Shown: positions 48,887-62,300 of the stretch, in pieces
Numbering within the stretch: the first letter of the stretch is position 1
Layout of the letters: each line of letters begins with the position of its first letter
Origin: Torpedo marmorata
Taxonomy: Eukaryota
Direction: 5' to 3'
DNA length: 64,000 nucleotides
Assembly (NCBI GenBank): GCA_977017645.1
Contig: OZ360250.1
Span: 25,606,001-25,670,000, forward strand
Notes under the pieces: generated by a model
Database searches by the model: none
Told to the model about the DNA's origin: nothing
Seen by the model: the letters and a program-made list of their open reading frames with translations, nothing else
Made by a program: the position numbers and the translations under genes

Positions 48887-51800
48887 AGTCTTTAGTCTTG
48901 ATAAAGAGTCTGGACCTGAAATGTTGACTGCCTTTTATTTTCTATGGATACTGCATTTCTGCTGAGTTTCTCCAGTAATTCTGTGCACTCATTTCTAGCC
49001 ATGGATACTGTTTGACCTGCTGAGTTTCACTAGCAATTCTTTGTTTGCTGACAACAAAACAGCCGGTTGTAGTATTGTAAAATAATTACATTTTTAAAAA
49101 GGGTGTTGTTAAAATGGCTGTCGTATACTTCATCACATTAAATATTTCAAAAAGTTTTAAATAAATTTTTGAAATCTAGATACAACTATATGGAATTAAT
49201 ACATGATATGTGAAGATAGCAGTACACAGATGCATGTGAATATAACTGTGCATATGCCATTTATTAAACCAAATTGAAAGGTTCCTTAAGGCAGGCATGC
49301 AAACATGTTGTCAGTCAACATTAAGTTGACCAGAGAGTTTTCTGTCATTTGCCTTACCCTTGCAAAATATTATCTCAAAGGGTTGTTTGCAAAGAGGTGT
49401 TCTGTGATTTTTTTTTTTGTATTTCATAACTATATTGAAAGTAGTTTTAATGCAAATATTGGGGAATTGGCTTCCTTGATTTCTGCAGCAGAACCACAAC
49501 TCCCATGTAAAAAAAAAACATTTTGTTATCCAGAAAGCATTTTGATAATTCTGAATTGTGACATGGAGTTAGTGAAATTAAGTTTTTATTCATGAATGAA
49601 ATTGCATTTAACTTAAACCTGGACTTCCTAAATTTGTATTTGATGCATTCTTGCATGTCAGCTTGTAAGCATAAGTAAAAGACTACATTTTGTCAGTTAT
49701 TGTCCACAAATAATGTCTCAGAACAATGTGTAACTTGTAGGTGGTAGTATTTTCATTACTGTTCTTGTTCTTCTAGGTGATGGAAGTAACTGGTTTGAAA
49801 GATGCAGTTGAAGGAATTTTGGCGAGTAATTACAGTACATTTTTTATCCGTGGTATACACTAGCAATGTTATAGTGAATATTTAGGTGGAAGATTCGTTG
49901 CCAATCAAGGCGGAGCGCTCTGACCTGGATGGCTTCGAACATGATGAGTTAGAGCTGCATTCATCCCTGGCAAATGATGAGAGCACTCTTGACTTCTAAC
50001 TTAAAGATAGTTGAAAGATCATGGGGAGTTGGATGGTGAATCACTCATTGTAGGTTGACAGCTTCTGTCCTGCCCTGTTGGTGTTATTGTTGACATCACC
50101 GGTCATTTGAGTTTCTGGTTGTTAATGGTGTGGTATTCATCGTGGAAATGCCATTAAATGTTGAGAGAAGATGATTGGATTCCCTTGTTGGGGATGGCTC
50201 AGCATGTATGGAGCAAATGTTATTTGCCGTTTATCAGCCTGAAAGCTGCCAGGTCTTGCTACATGCAACATTTTTTCCTGGGGTTCATGTTTTCCTGAAG
50301 AATTGGAATAAATGACATTCAGCCAAAGCATTATACTTGCCTTCTGAAAATGAGAATGACTTAAATTGCTTCTTACCAAAACTGAAGAGCAAACCTTTTC
50401 GGCAATCTGTTGTGTATGTTTCCAGGGAAAGCGTGGTACCCTGGTGATGCCAACTGTCTTCAGCAAAAACACCACCTTGTTTAAACCACCAATTTGTTTC
50501 TAATTGATTTCTCGCGATGGTGTTTCAGCAGCGTAAATGTTCTAAAAGTGGACCACTCATACCCAAAATGCTGTATTTATTTGAGCACAGTCAACAAACA
50601 CGTCTGTTTGTTCCAGTGTTTGTTGAAGTTGTGGAAAATATAGCTTTATGAGTGTGAAACGAAATGAATGTTATGTTGAATGTTAATTGACGATTCTAAT
50701 AGTACACAAGTTTCCATGAATGCAGTATGAGTTCATTGGAGCATTTGCAAGGAAGATTTAGTTCATTGTGTACTGGAAAAATATACCCAGAAATAGAATG
50801 CTCATCCTGGTTTAAAAAAATTATCCAAAGTAAGAATAAATTAAATGACCAGTTGTATTTTTACAGTTAATAAAAGAAAATTAAATTGTAAACTATTGCA
50901 TGAAGTTTCCAAGATGGTGTTCTACAGTTAGACAACAGTTTCCCAAATTCTCCATTTTCATCCAGGGTCAATTTGTTTTACTCAGAGTATCATTGATATA
51001 AATGTACTTTTAAAATTAATATCCTTCTTGAAATATGAATGTATATCTTTGCATGAAACCAACATATTAGGTTGAGTCAAAAATAAAATAAAATGGTGCA
51101 AAAAGAGTAGCAAATGCAGGAAACAGAAAGTTAAACAGGATCTGTTGACAGAGAAAGCATTAATTAATTCTGACAGACGTAAACTGTTTATCTGTCCGTT
51201 GTGATTGACTGGTATGTTCAGTGTTTCAATCAATTTTAATCTTCAGCTGAATCGGTGCACAATGGTACATTTAGTAAAGAGCAGAATTAAGCAAACCTCA
51301 TAGAATATTAAATTTAATATAGCACAGAAGAAATTGGCAAACTACGGTATATATGTAGTATTCTGATCAGGCATGGAACTCTGGTTACCAAGAAACAAGA
51401 CAGATATCAAAATATATGACGTGATGCAGAGAAGAACCAGAAGGCTGATAGGGGAATATAAAGAATAACTTTTATTTACATCATGCCTTCTGCATTACAG
51501 AGCATCCCAAGGTGCTTCACAGATTTGTAATAAGACAAACATTGACACTGAGACAAAGGAAAAGAAAAGCTACATTTTAAAGAGGGGCATGGAGAGAAGT
51601 GGTGGAGAAAGGTTAATGGAAGAAATTCCCAAACTTAAGGCCCAGACAAGGGGATGAATAAAGGTCAGAGGAACCCACATATCCGGTGTTGTAGAATTAC
51701 AGGAAGCAAGTAATAAGGAGGCATGAAATCATGGAGAAAATTTAACATGAGGCATTAAATTGGGGCATTAAATGGGCAAAAAGGCCATTTGTGATGTGAG

Positions 51801-52598
51801 CTTTTTAATTGAATTAGATAGTAATTTACTTGTACATTGGTGCTATTCATCTGTCTAATGACAAAACTATGGAATAGTTATGAGGAACTGAAGGGGCTTG
51901 AACTTAACAGGTTGGGAAAGGGAAATTATCTAAATTCATGGAAGAAGCTGCTGTGAAAAGGTTAATTTGAAATGCTGTTTTAAGTGAAACAGTGAGAATG
52001 AATCCATTTTGTCTGATCTTAGTTTCTTAATCTTGCCAATACATTTATAGAAATCCTAGAACTAGTCAAGTATTCTCACCTGTCATTTGTGTGTGTGTAA
52101 AATGTTTACTATTTTTCCACATTCAATTCAGTGATTTGCCCTTGTGATGTATATTTCAAGAGAACAGATTTTGATAACTGGTTTGTTAAGGTTAATTCAG
52201 AGTTTTGTAATTAAAAAAGATTTGAGACCCCAGTCCACCACGGTGAATTCTTAATGGCGTTTATGGTGGGTTCCTCAGAAAAAGTAAACTTGGAGGCATG
52301 TTAACAAACTTCCCTGCCAATATTCTACCACCTTTTCCACAGGACCTCCCTGTTGAGCTTCTTCCCTCTGGTACTTTAACCTGATAACATTTAATTATGT
52401 TGGCATTTGATAGACAATTTGGGTCGGGCTGTGGGGCAGCAGCACTAACGGCAGTACATTGGTGCAAGTGTTAGTGCTGTTGCTGCATAGCTCAGTAATT
52501 CATGTTCGATTCTGACCTTGGATGCATATTCCCTCTATGACTTGCACCAGTTTCCCTGGGTGCTCTGGTTTCCTCCCATATCCCACAATTTTTACGTG

Positions 52599-52806
52599 CA
52601 TAAAATCCCCGTTATCCAGAATTCAAGGAATCGGCAGCCTCAAGCAACCGGCAAAAAAAAATAGCGGGAAATAAATAGGTAAAAGATACGAAAGTTTAAA
52701 ATTGGCGCCGCCTTGCGGTCAGGTCACCAATCCACGCAACTCGCAATCTCAAGCAACCGGCAAATTCACTTATGCGGCATCTACCAATCCCCAGGGGGTT
52801 TTACTG
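52599..52806. mobile_element. Tigger/pogo-like MITE next to a V-SINE fragment (about 52440-52590)
   Basis: Right end GGGGTTTTACTG+TA; degenerate left end CA-TAAAATCCCC; internal repeat ctcaagcaaccggcaaa x2. Confidence 0.65.
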
Positions 52807-55800
52807 TATCATGCTTGTGTCCTCTTGATTTGCTGAAATTTATTCTCTTCTGTAATAACATTGAAAGCACCTACACAGATGCTTTATTGTAAAGCCAAAA
52901 TCACTGAAGTGGCAGCAAATTTAGAGCAATGTCTTTTGTTAGGATTTTAACATAGTTAAATCAAATATATTTCAATGACTAAAAAGAATTTAGTTAATAT
53001 GCATACGTTCTCAAACATTAATTAGGTATGCAAAAATATTTTTCTCATCTAAAGCCAGTGTTAGGAGCTGGCATATGGCCATCTCAGTCGGTTGTTTGTG
53101 CATGTGAAATACAATTAATCAATAATAATTCATGCTGAAAGGGAAAAGTAGTGTAATTCAGTGCCAACTTGAATGGAATCCAGCATCAAGATTATTTAAA
53201 TCTTCATGAATAACTAAAAGGTAGTTCTTTGTAATTTATTTTCGCTTCCCTATACAGCTACTGTCATTAACAGCTGAAAGCTATCTTGCTCCTATTTCCA
53301 GCAAAATATGGTATGGGGTTGAAAAAGTAGAGGCTGTATCTTTCTGAACTTTTAAGACCATTTGAGTGATGTGCTTAATGGCTTAAATGTTGAATAGTGA
53401 AAGCAGTCCTGCTGCTTTTCTAGCACAACTTAGTGCCAAAAATGGTTCCTGTGGCTTCCAAGCAAAGGATTTAAAATTGCATGATTAGGAATGTTATATA
53501 TTTTTAAAATTTCTTCATTTATGTTTGAATATTTGTTCCAATTTAAAACAAGTGAGTTTGTCACAAGATTTGTATAATTGAAAAGCATTTGGACAAAATG
53601 TTGCTCAATGAGAATGCAAAGGAATATGTGTAAGTTTCCCACAGTTCACTGAAAAATTGATCTCTTCTTTATAGTTTATCCAAAACATAAAAGTTGTTTA
53701 ATTCTGTATCTTTTTTCGCAGATACTGCCTGAATATCTTCAGCATTTTCTGCTTTTAGTTCAGATTTCCAATTTTTGTTATTTTTTTGCTTTTAGACTTC
53801 ATGAAACTGATTATATTCTTGTTAGCCTATTTGACCCAAAAGCTGAGCTTTAAGTGCCCTGCATCTATATTTCATACTACACGTTGCACATTGTTGTGAA
53901 TTTCATTTTTGGCTACCCTCGTTTCCCTCCACTTCACTACACTCTCTTTAATAGTACATGTTTGTGAACTTTTGAGAGTAAAGAGTTGGAGGTGGAGAAC
54001 TGTGGTTAGTTAAAGCGTTTTTAAGCAGGGAGATATTCAAAGTCTGAGGGATCGTTATTGGAGCTGAGTTTGTAGAATGCATCATCATCTTGTGCAAAAC
54101 TGACTGAAGAAGCTTGATCTCAGGATTTTGAGATGATATATTTTGGGAGCATTACTCTGAAGCTTTTTTGCATGCTGCCTTACATGTTGGAAAAACAAAT
54201 TATAATCTCAAAGCAAAATGAAGCCCAATCAGCAATTTGAGGACCATTGCATGGGGATCTTGTTTTGAAAGCAATTGAAAATGAAAGGTACCAGACAAAC
54301 CCCACTGGCTACAGTTCTTCAGAATAACTGGAGCACAAACAGAACTAATTAAGTATGGAGACTAATGCACAGTTTGAGGAAATCATTAAGTGGAAAAGGC
54401 ATGCTGCGAGGTGCAGCTGGGTTGGATAAATGGTGTTTCAACTCAGTACAAGAACCTTGTTTTAGTGGTTGATTTTTGCGCATGCTCAGAGGTCATTCGA
54501 AAGTTGGTTGCACTTATTCTGGTAACGTTGTGTTGCTCTGAATTCTGCAGAATAACTGCACAGATAAATGTTGGTTCTTTCTCAGGAAGTTGATGTTCTT
54601 GGTAAGTACAGTATTGTACTGATTTGATTAAATTGGCAATGGCCTGAAAAGAATGGACCTGATTTTATTGTAAATACAGCCCACATAACAGGGAAAATTG
54701 AAAATAAATGCCTTTGTTAATTGTGTATTGTTTCTTGTGTTGACTTGGTCATGTTCTGTGGTGGTGGTTCCTGTGTGGTATGTGAAGTGAATGTATTGGT
54801 TTTGTGGTCTTTGTTAATGTTTTCTTTGTTGTGGAATGATTTGGTTTCAAATGATTGTTATATTTCCTCCATTTATTGTGTATTGAGGCCAGAGATCTAA
54901 ATCATTGATTATATCATAGTTTTGAGAATCCATTGAATAGACTTTTCTCTCAATTGTTCAACAATGGTTTATGTAACCTTTCTTTGTTTGATATAATCCA
55001 GAGGCTGTGTTTTTATATCATGTACACAATCTACCCTGTGAGTTCTACATTCAAGGATTATTAATTACACTTGGAATAAATTGTTTCTGCATATGAAACA
55101 GTCTTGTGGTTCACTACCTATCTCATTTCAGATTCTTGAAATTAACTACATTCCCAAATTCAATAACAAAAAAACTAACATATTAACTTCCAACTGGAAA
55201 TGTGAAATACAGATGTCAGCGAATAGAGTATGGCAGCATGTACAAGAGAGGCCATATCACCTTCTTGCCTCTGTCCTTTGTCTTACCTCCACCACCACTA
55301 CCACTGGGTTCCATCTGTCCATCATCTCCTCTTGTATTCAGTTGAGCGCCCTGGTTTCCTTCCTGTTACTTTAAATAAAACATAGAAATATAATAAATAC
55401 ACCAAAACTAAAATAATACAAATGATGAAATCAATGAAAATGACATAGTGATTTCAAACTCTTGTGATTCATGAGTGTGAATAAATGAAGCTGGTTGTCA
55501 GATTTTTTAAAAACTTTAACCACATTCAGGACATTTTATTACAAATATGATTCATACACAGAATCCATTGGTCAATGTTTTCATAGAATTGTTACAGTTC
55601 AGAAAGGCTAACCCTTAACCCATTTCAGCCAGTTAGTTTTATGCAATCTTATCCCACTACCATTTTTAGACATGTTAAATTAGGATCGTGCCTCTTGGTG
55701 CCTTCTGCTGCACTGCTAAATGTTGGCGTGAAATGAGTGGGCTAATTTTAAAAAGGAAGCTGGGTCTGTTTATCGGCTCATCCAACAGTTTATAGTAAAA

Positions 55801-56890
55801 GATAATGATGAAATCTTGAAGAAAAAAAAATTCTGATTAATTTATCAAGCTGTAATATCACCATCTGTTAATGTAGTCAACTGAAATGTAATTTTCCCAT
55901 CTGGTTATGAGCACAGTCAACGAATCCAGAAATAGTTATTACTATGATGCTCTTGAAGCTAGGTGATAGGGGATACTATAATTTGGAGGAAAGATAGTGT
56001 CTTCTGCTGCCAAGAATGAAAAAGGTGTGTTGTTTACTCATTGCCAAATGAATGGCGTAGTAAAGAAGGGCACCTTCTCATGTACCACTTGGGATCAGAA
56101 GAAGTTGTGAGGCTGTGATGGGCTCCACATTAAACAGAATGGGTCATATGAATTTGTGGAAACCATTACTAGGTCTGCAGTAAAAGCTTCAGACAAGAAT
56201 AGAAGAGGGCTCTTCAAAAAACACAAGTAATTTAAATGTATACATACAGGAAGGAAAATACAAGAGGACATTGAGAGCAAATGAGAAACTGAACATAAAG
56301 AACAGGAGCCGAAAAAAGAAAAAAACTATTATATGAAGAAATCTAATTAAAATTAATTATATTGTCTAAATAGCAATGTTCATAGTATCCGTAATAAAAT
56401 AAGGGAACTTGAGGAAATGCATTAGGGACAATCAGACATGGCAGAAAAATGAAGTTTGTTGTTAAACGTTGCAGACTATTTGGAGGAGATAGTAAAAATG
56501 GTAGATATGAGTTGGGCAATATAGCAGTAGTAAAAAAGAGAAAGCCGTAAAGAAATAAAAAATAGAATCTGCATAGAATAGAGAAAATGTAACAAAGATT
56601 TATTAATATGAACAGTGGAAGAGATTTGTAAGAAATATTCAGAAAAATTGGGGAAATAATTAAAAAGTGGAATAATCATGGGATGTCAACTGCCCAACAT
56701 TAATTAGACTGAAGAGAAACATAATGGTATAAGGCAATGGAGTTCCCACCAGATATATTTGAACCCTTTCTTATCCAATATGTAAAAAGAATAAAAAAGT
56801 GGTACATTTGGATTTGGTAATGGGTATGAACCAATGTAAAAAAAAATTTAAAAAAATGACAGGGAATATTAGGCAATAGTGACCATAATT

Positions 56891-58315
56891 TGAGGGAGAA
56901 AACGGGGAATTATAGACTGGTTAGCCTGACGTCGGTTGTAGGGAAAATGCTAGAGTCAGTTATTAAAGATGTGATAGCAGCACATTTGGAAAGCGGTGAA
57001 ATCATTGGACAAAGTCAGCATGGATTTATGAAAGGAAAATCATGTCTGACGAATCTTATAGAATTTTTCGAGGATGTAACTAGTAGAGTAGATAAGAGAG
57101 AACCAGTGGATGTGGTATATTTGGATTTTCAAAAGGCTTTTGATAAGGTCCCACACAAGAGATTAGTGTGCAAACTTAAAGCACACGGTATTGGGGGTAT
57201 GGTATTGATGTGGATAGAGAATTGGTTGGCAGACAGGAGGCAGAGAGTGGGAATAAACGGGTCCTTTTCAGAATGGCAGGCAGTTACTAGCGGGGTACCG
57301 CAAGGCTTGGTGCTGGGACCCCAGTTATTTACAATATATATTAATGATTTAGATGAGGGGATTGAATGCAACATCTCCAAGTTTGCGGATGACACAAAGC
57401 TGGGCGGCAGTATTAGCTGTGAGGAGGATGCTAAGAGGATGTAGGGGGACTTGGATAGGTTGGGTGAGTGGGCAAATGCATGGCAGATGCAGTATAATGT
57501 GGATAAATGTGAGGTTATCCACTTTGGTGGCAAAAACAGGAAAGCAGATTATTATCTGAGTGGTGGCCGATTAGGAAAAGGAGAGGTGCAACGAGACCTG
57601 GGTGTCATTCTACACCAGTCTTTGAAAGTGGGCATGCAGGTACAGCAGGCAGTGAAAAAGGCAAATGGTATGTTGGCATTTATAGCAAGGGGATTCGAGT
57701 ACAGGAGCAGGGAGGTTCTGCTGAAGTTGTACAGGGCCTTGGTGAGACCACACCTGGAGTATTGTGTACAGTTTTGGTCTCCTAATCTGAGGAAAGACAT
57801 TCTTGCCATAGAGGGTGTGCAGAGAAGATTCACCAGATTGATTCCTGGGATGGCAGGATTTTCATATGAAGAAAGAAAGACTTGGCCGACTAGGCTTATA
57901 CTCGCTGGAATTTCGAAGATTGAGGGGGGATCTTATTGAAACATATAAAATTCTTAAGGGATTGGATAGGCTAAATGCAGGAAGATTGTTCCCGATGTTG
58001 GGAAAGTCTAGAACCAGGGTCACAGTTTAAGGATAAGGGGGAAATCTTTTAGGACTAAGATGAGGAAAAATTTCTTCACACAGAGAATGGTGAATCTGTG
58101 GAATTCTCTGCCACAGGAAACAGTAGAGGCCAGTTCATTGGCTATATTTAAGAGGGAGTTAGATGTGGACCTTGTGGCTAAGAGGATCAGGGGGTATGGT
58201 GAGAAAGCAGGTACAGGGTATTGAGTTGGATGATCAGCCATGATCATACTGAATGGCGGTGCAGGCTCGAAGGGCCAAATGGCCTACTCATGCACCTATT
58301 TTCTATGTTTCTATG
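56891..58315 (+). mobile_element. Young 5'-truncated CR1 LINE (RT domain + 3'UTR)
   Basis: NYRLVSLTS, QHGF, YLDFQKAFDKV, GVPQG, KFADDTKL; premature TAG at 57442-57444; frameshift near 57875; ends ttctatgtttctatg. Confidence 0.95.
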
Positions 58316-59302
58316 ATAGAGGTACAACAATGATTTTAAAAAAAACTTCAAGGATACATTCTATTCCCTTTATCAATTTGTGTGCTTAACATTGATTGGT
58401 ATTGGATCTAGATTTTCAACAGGTTTGTGATTCTAAGTGTTGTCACAAAGTTTGTAGCGAAACCCACACACAAAATTGGCAAATGGAGTATAATGTGGAA
58501 AAATGAGGTTATCTACTTTGGAAGAGAGAATGAAAAGAAAATTATTATTTAAACAGAGTGCAATATATTGCAACACAAAGGGATCTGGAGATCCAAATGC
58601 ATGAAACACAGGACACAGTAAGTAATTAATAAGGCTAATGGAATGTTAACCTTGATTGCAAGGGGATGGAGGCTTAAAGGAGAGGTTTTGATGCCATTTT
58701 GCAGGAAGCTGGTGTTACCAACTATGGATCACTGTGTGGTTGGTTGCCATATTTAAAGAAGAATTGAAAGCAATGCCGAAAGGTTGATTTGGTTATTCCT
58801 GGGTTTCAAGGGGTTGATGTATGAAGTGAAGTTGGCATTATGAGTGTAGAAATGATTTTACCTGAGATATTTGGAAGCGGGTTTCTGTATAAGAGGTCAT
58901 CCATTTAAGACTAGCATGAAGATGAGCCTTCTCGGAGTTGTAACTGTGGAATTCTCTATCCCAGAGAGCCAAGAAGAGGAGTCATTGAACATGTTCAAGG
59001 CTGTGATTGAGGGATGAAGAAATTGAGGGGTTAAATGAGAACACTGAGGTCATGATTGGGCTGAGTGATCTGTTGTTGCTCCTATTTAATTTTGAATGTT
59101 GACAGGGTACATACCAAAGTACATAGATGCATATGGGCAGAGAATAGAATTAAGGGTAAGGGGCAGATGGATTTCTAGCTAATGGGAGGAAAGGATAGTT
59201 CATCACATTTGAATAGGTCTGTAATGGTTCTTAAGGATCAGTAGTGGGACCACTGCTAGTTACAATTTACAGTCGTGATTTAGTCTCTGGAATCAAACAT
59301 GG

Positions 59303-62300
59303 TGTAAGAGCTGTAGGCCCATTAACTTACCTTGCTGCGGCGCTCCGGCGCCTCGTCGGCTTCTGGAGCGCTCGCGTTGTCAGCCAGGGCCGTCGTCGGC
59401 CCGTTCTGTGCTCTGCGCATGCGCTGGAGTGCCGACGGGCGCATGCGCAGTATGGAGTGACGTCATTGTGCGCGTGGGAGGCTGGGAAATGTAGTATGCG
59501 CGGTGGAGGGTGCGCAGAGCCATTAGGAGTGACGGAGGAGGCGCGAAGCTTCTAGAAAAAAGGAAGGAATGAGATGTTAGGAGGGTGAGTGAGGTCTCCA
59601 CATCTTTATTGACCATTTTAGACGTTTTACATCGTTTTAGATAGTTTTACATTGTTTTACATCATTTCAAGAACTGTTTATATTAAAGTCACTTGAAGAT
59701 TACTGCAAGTCAAATGTAAATAAAGGTTTTTGAACATTTTGGACTTTGTTGGTAAATTGATTAAAACGCGTCAAAGACAAGGACCACACTTAGCCTCCAG
59801 GTGACTATTGGAGGATCGAAGTCACCGTAATATAGTCAATAAAGAACTGGCTGTTTTTGGAACAGAAAAATTGAAGAATAGAAGATAGAAAAAACTCTCT
59901 GTGCTTTGGACTGATATTTAAAATGGTGGCCATCTTGGAGATGCCTCGAGTTGGGGGCAGTTTGTAATCCACTTCCATCTGCCGTGAATAGCAACCAAGG
60001 GATTTAAAGCTTCAAATCTCATATTAAAGTGTCCTATAAATACGTTGGAGAAACCATTTTCTGGAAAATCAGTGATATTAGTGACGGATGTTGTGGTTGA
60101 AACTCGTTTGTGGATTGCAGCACATTACAGTCATTTGAAGTGGTTGGCATAAGTCTGTGGACTCCTGTGTATCTTTAGCAAGTAAGAACACAGATTGGAA
60201 TTGCTGCCGCTGGTCCATTGGGGACTGTTGTTTGGCTAGTGTTGTGTATGCTTAAAGGAAAGAGGAACTAGACGAGTAAAATGGCCGCAGCAGCCACTGA
60301 TACAGCAGCTACTGATATATCAGCAGCTGGCGCAGCAACCGCTGATGTTGCTGTTGAGGACCAACGTATTGAAGACATGAAGGTTTCGGATATTAAAGAA
60401 GAATTGAAGCGACTGAAAAAGGACATAAGAGGAAATAAAAAGGTTCTTATCGAAAGATTGAAGCAGTCAAAGGATGAAGAGGCAGCTTCATTAAATGAAC
60501 AAGAAGATAACTTGGAAATGGCTGAAATTGTGTCACCAAATGATGAAGAAATTGAAGTGGTTGATGATGCAAAGGATATACAATTCGAATTGGATAAAGA
60601 GGTAAGTATGAAGACAACATATGAACTGCAGGACGAAATACAAGCAAGTGACAGTGTCTCAAATGCTGTAAGCAGGAGAAGCAAAAGAAGTTCTGGTTCG
60701 AGCTCCAGAGTTTCTCGTACTTCAAGTTCTGCATTGTCACGTACAGAGATTGAAGTTGACTTGGCCGCTCTTCTTGCACAACAAAAAACGCTTAAGAATA
60801 AACATATTTTAGAACAAAAGGAGGAGCAGCTAAGACAAAAGGAGGAGCAGCTAAGACAAGAGAAGGAGCAGCTAAGGCAGATAAAAGAACAGCAGGAGCT
60901 GGAAGCAAACATTGCAATTGCCAAGGCAAAAAAGAAAGCAATAGAAGGCTCAATGGTATCTGGTGCTAGCAGTAAATTATCTAAATTGTCTGATAATAAA
61001 GGGTCATATTTAAAAAAGGAGTCACAGGAAAAGAAACCAACCAAAAGGATAGATATTTTAGAACCAAGAATACAAAACTTACATATACAAGGACAAACCT
61101 TTCAAGAGCATATTGGTATCGAGTCACATGTACCAATAGTAACATCTGAAAGCAAAGCTGCGGCTTGGGTTCGGTCGAACGAAGCAGCTTCTTTGTTATA
61201 TGAGTCAAGCATCAGAAATATGGAAGAAACTACACCAGTGAGGTTTCCAAATACATTGCATGCAACAAGAGACGGTGAACAGAGCAATGTATTGTCATCC
61301 AAGGAAAGACAAAATGAAATTGCTGCATCATTGTTTCAGTTACAGTCTCTCTCTTCTTTACCCAAGAAAGAGATACAAACTTTTGATGGTGATCCACTTC
61401 AATATCAATCATTTATGAGATCTTTTAAACACAATATTGAAGATAAATGCCAAGATCGTGATGAATGTCTTTATTATTTGGAAATGTTCACAAAGGGACA
61501 TCCAAAAGAAGTGGTAAAGAGTTGTAAACATATGTCTTCAGAAAGAGGATTAGACAAAGCTAAGGCTTTACTGGAACAATATTTTGGCAACAAGCATCGA
61601 ATTGCTTTAGCTTATATGGATAAAGCTCTTAAATGGACATCAATAAAACAAAATGATGTAAAGGCTCTGCAAGAATATACTCTGTTTTTAAGAGGATGTA
61701 ATGCTATGGAAGAAATCGATAATATTCGTGAGCTTGAAGTGCATAGTAATATGCGAATCATCTTAGAAAAATTACCTTACAAGTTATGGGATAGATGGAG
61801 AAATTTGGCTTGTGATTTACAAATAAATTACAGTCGAAAAATTGCCTTAAAGGATTTGGTAAATTTTCTTGAACGACAGGTGTACGTTGAAACAGATCTA
61901 CTATATGGAAATACCAGAGATAATTCTATGGGCAAAGATGTAAGGAAGTCTAACACACAGTCTAGTCCGAAAGTGAAAAGGAGTACTTTTGCTACTAATG
62001 TGCAAGTTATAAGTAAAGAAAAGGACAAAGTAAATAAGGAAAAGGAAAGTTTGCCTAATGAAAAGAGTTGTTTGTTCTGTAAAGGTGGACATACTTTGGA
62101 AATGTGTTTACGATTGGAAAAGAAGGAACATAAGGAAAATATCGCTTTCTTAAAGGAAAATGGAATATGTTTTAGCTGTCTGTGTAAAGGACACATCAGT
62201 AAAAACTGCGAAAAGCGAATTAATTGTAACATATGCAATTTGAAACATCCTAGAATTTTGCATATCCATAACAGAAACAAGGAATTGGAAAAGGAAACAA

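Noticed and set aside
60268-61044. 258-aa antisense ORF
   Set aside because: Shadow of the biased gag coding strand.
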